Shown here: positions 63,749-64,000 of the stretch, piece by piece
How the letters are laid out: each line of letters opens with the position of its first letter
How positions within the stretch are numbered: the first letter of the stretch is position 1
Source of the DNA: Gracilinanus agilis
Taxonomy: Eukaryota
Direction: 5' to 3'
Assembly (NCBI RefSeq): GCF_016433145.1
Contig: NC_058131.1
Coordinates: 625,905,569 to 625,969,568 of the forward strand
Length of the DNA stretch: 64,000 bases
Notes under the pieces: model-generated
Told to the model about the DNA's origin: nothing
The model's input: the letters and a program-made list of their open reading frames with translations, nothing else
The model's database searches: none
Translations under genes and position numbers: made by a program

Positions 63749-64000
63749 GTTACTGTATACTTAGCACGGAGAAGAATTCAAGAAAAGCATGAGAGGTTTA
63801 CTTTCTTGAGACGTTATCAATCTTGGTGAGAAGACCAACACATATGAAACAAAACTGGATGAAACAATAATGTTTATAAGCCAGGCTGAGGGGTTAGAGT
63901 AGAGTGGGAAGAGCCTGGAGTCAGAAGACCTGGGCCTTATTCCACAATTTCAAAATTTACTTAAACCTACAAGTGGTAGAATTTGAATCCTCGTCCTGTT

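Larger units (their letters stand above)
600..64000 (-). other. AFAP1L2: AFAP1L2 (XB130) gene body: exons 2-19 plus 3' UTR; intron 1 continues past the window end
   Basis: 18 spliced exons join in frame into a protein matching recalled human AFAP1L2 (YIYMNKV, PDLPPPK, PH1, PH2, coiled coil, EWEKKGAS*). In-window CDS is 2501 nt; about 838 aa if exon 1 contributes 16 nt as in human (inference). Confidence 0.96.

Overview
This is eukaryotic genomic DNA. It is AT-rich, strongly CpG-depleted and dense in CORE-SINE/MIR, MAR1-like, L1, L2, L3/CR1, RTE and hAT/Tc-mariner relics. The young SINE type suggests a didelphid marsupial such as an opossum (inference from recalled repeat consensus). The window holds one protein-coding gene on the minus strand, AFAP1L2 (XB130, a two-PH-domain adaptor). 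I traced 18 coding exons by hand (exons 2-19, numbered by recalled human structure). All are GT-AG and mutually in frame, giving 2501 nt of CDS from ALEQLLTELD... to ...EWEKKGAS*. There is also an in-frame 84-nt cassette exon at 28438-28521. Exon 1 was not found and probably lies beyond 64000. The 3' UTR runs from 1707 down to about 600. The most notable non-routine observations are a 116-bp near-perfect palindrome in intron 10, the cassette exon adding an ITIM/SHP2-type motif (VIYATIVL), an intact hAT MITE carrying a near-consensus CTCF motif, a diverged ~380-bp local duplication, tandem in-frame acceptors at exon 16, and an AATAAA only 15 nt after the stop codon. I found no rRNA, tRNA, CRISPR or intact transposase/RT. 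I cannot show that any of this is a previously undescribed system; the findings are hypotheses. Exon coordinates are exact; most repeat boundaries are approximate.
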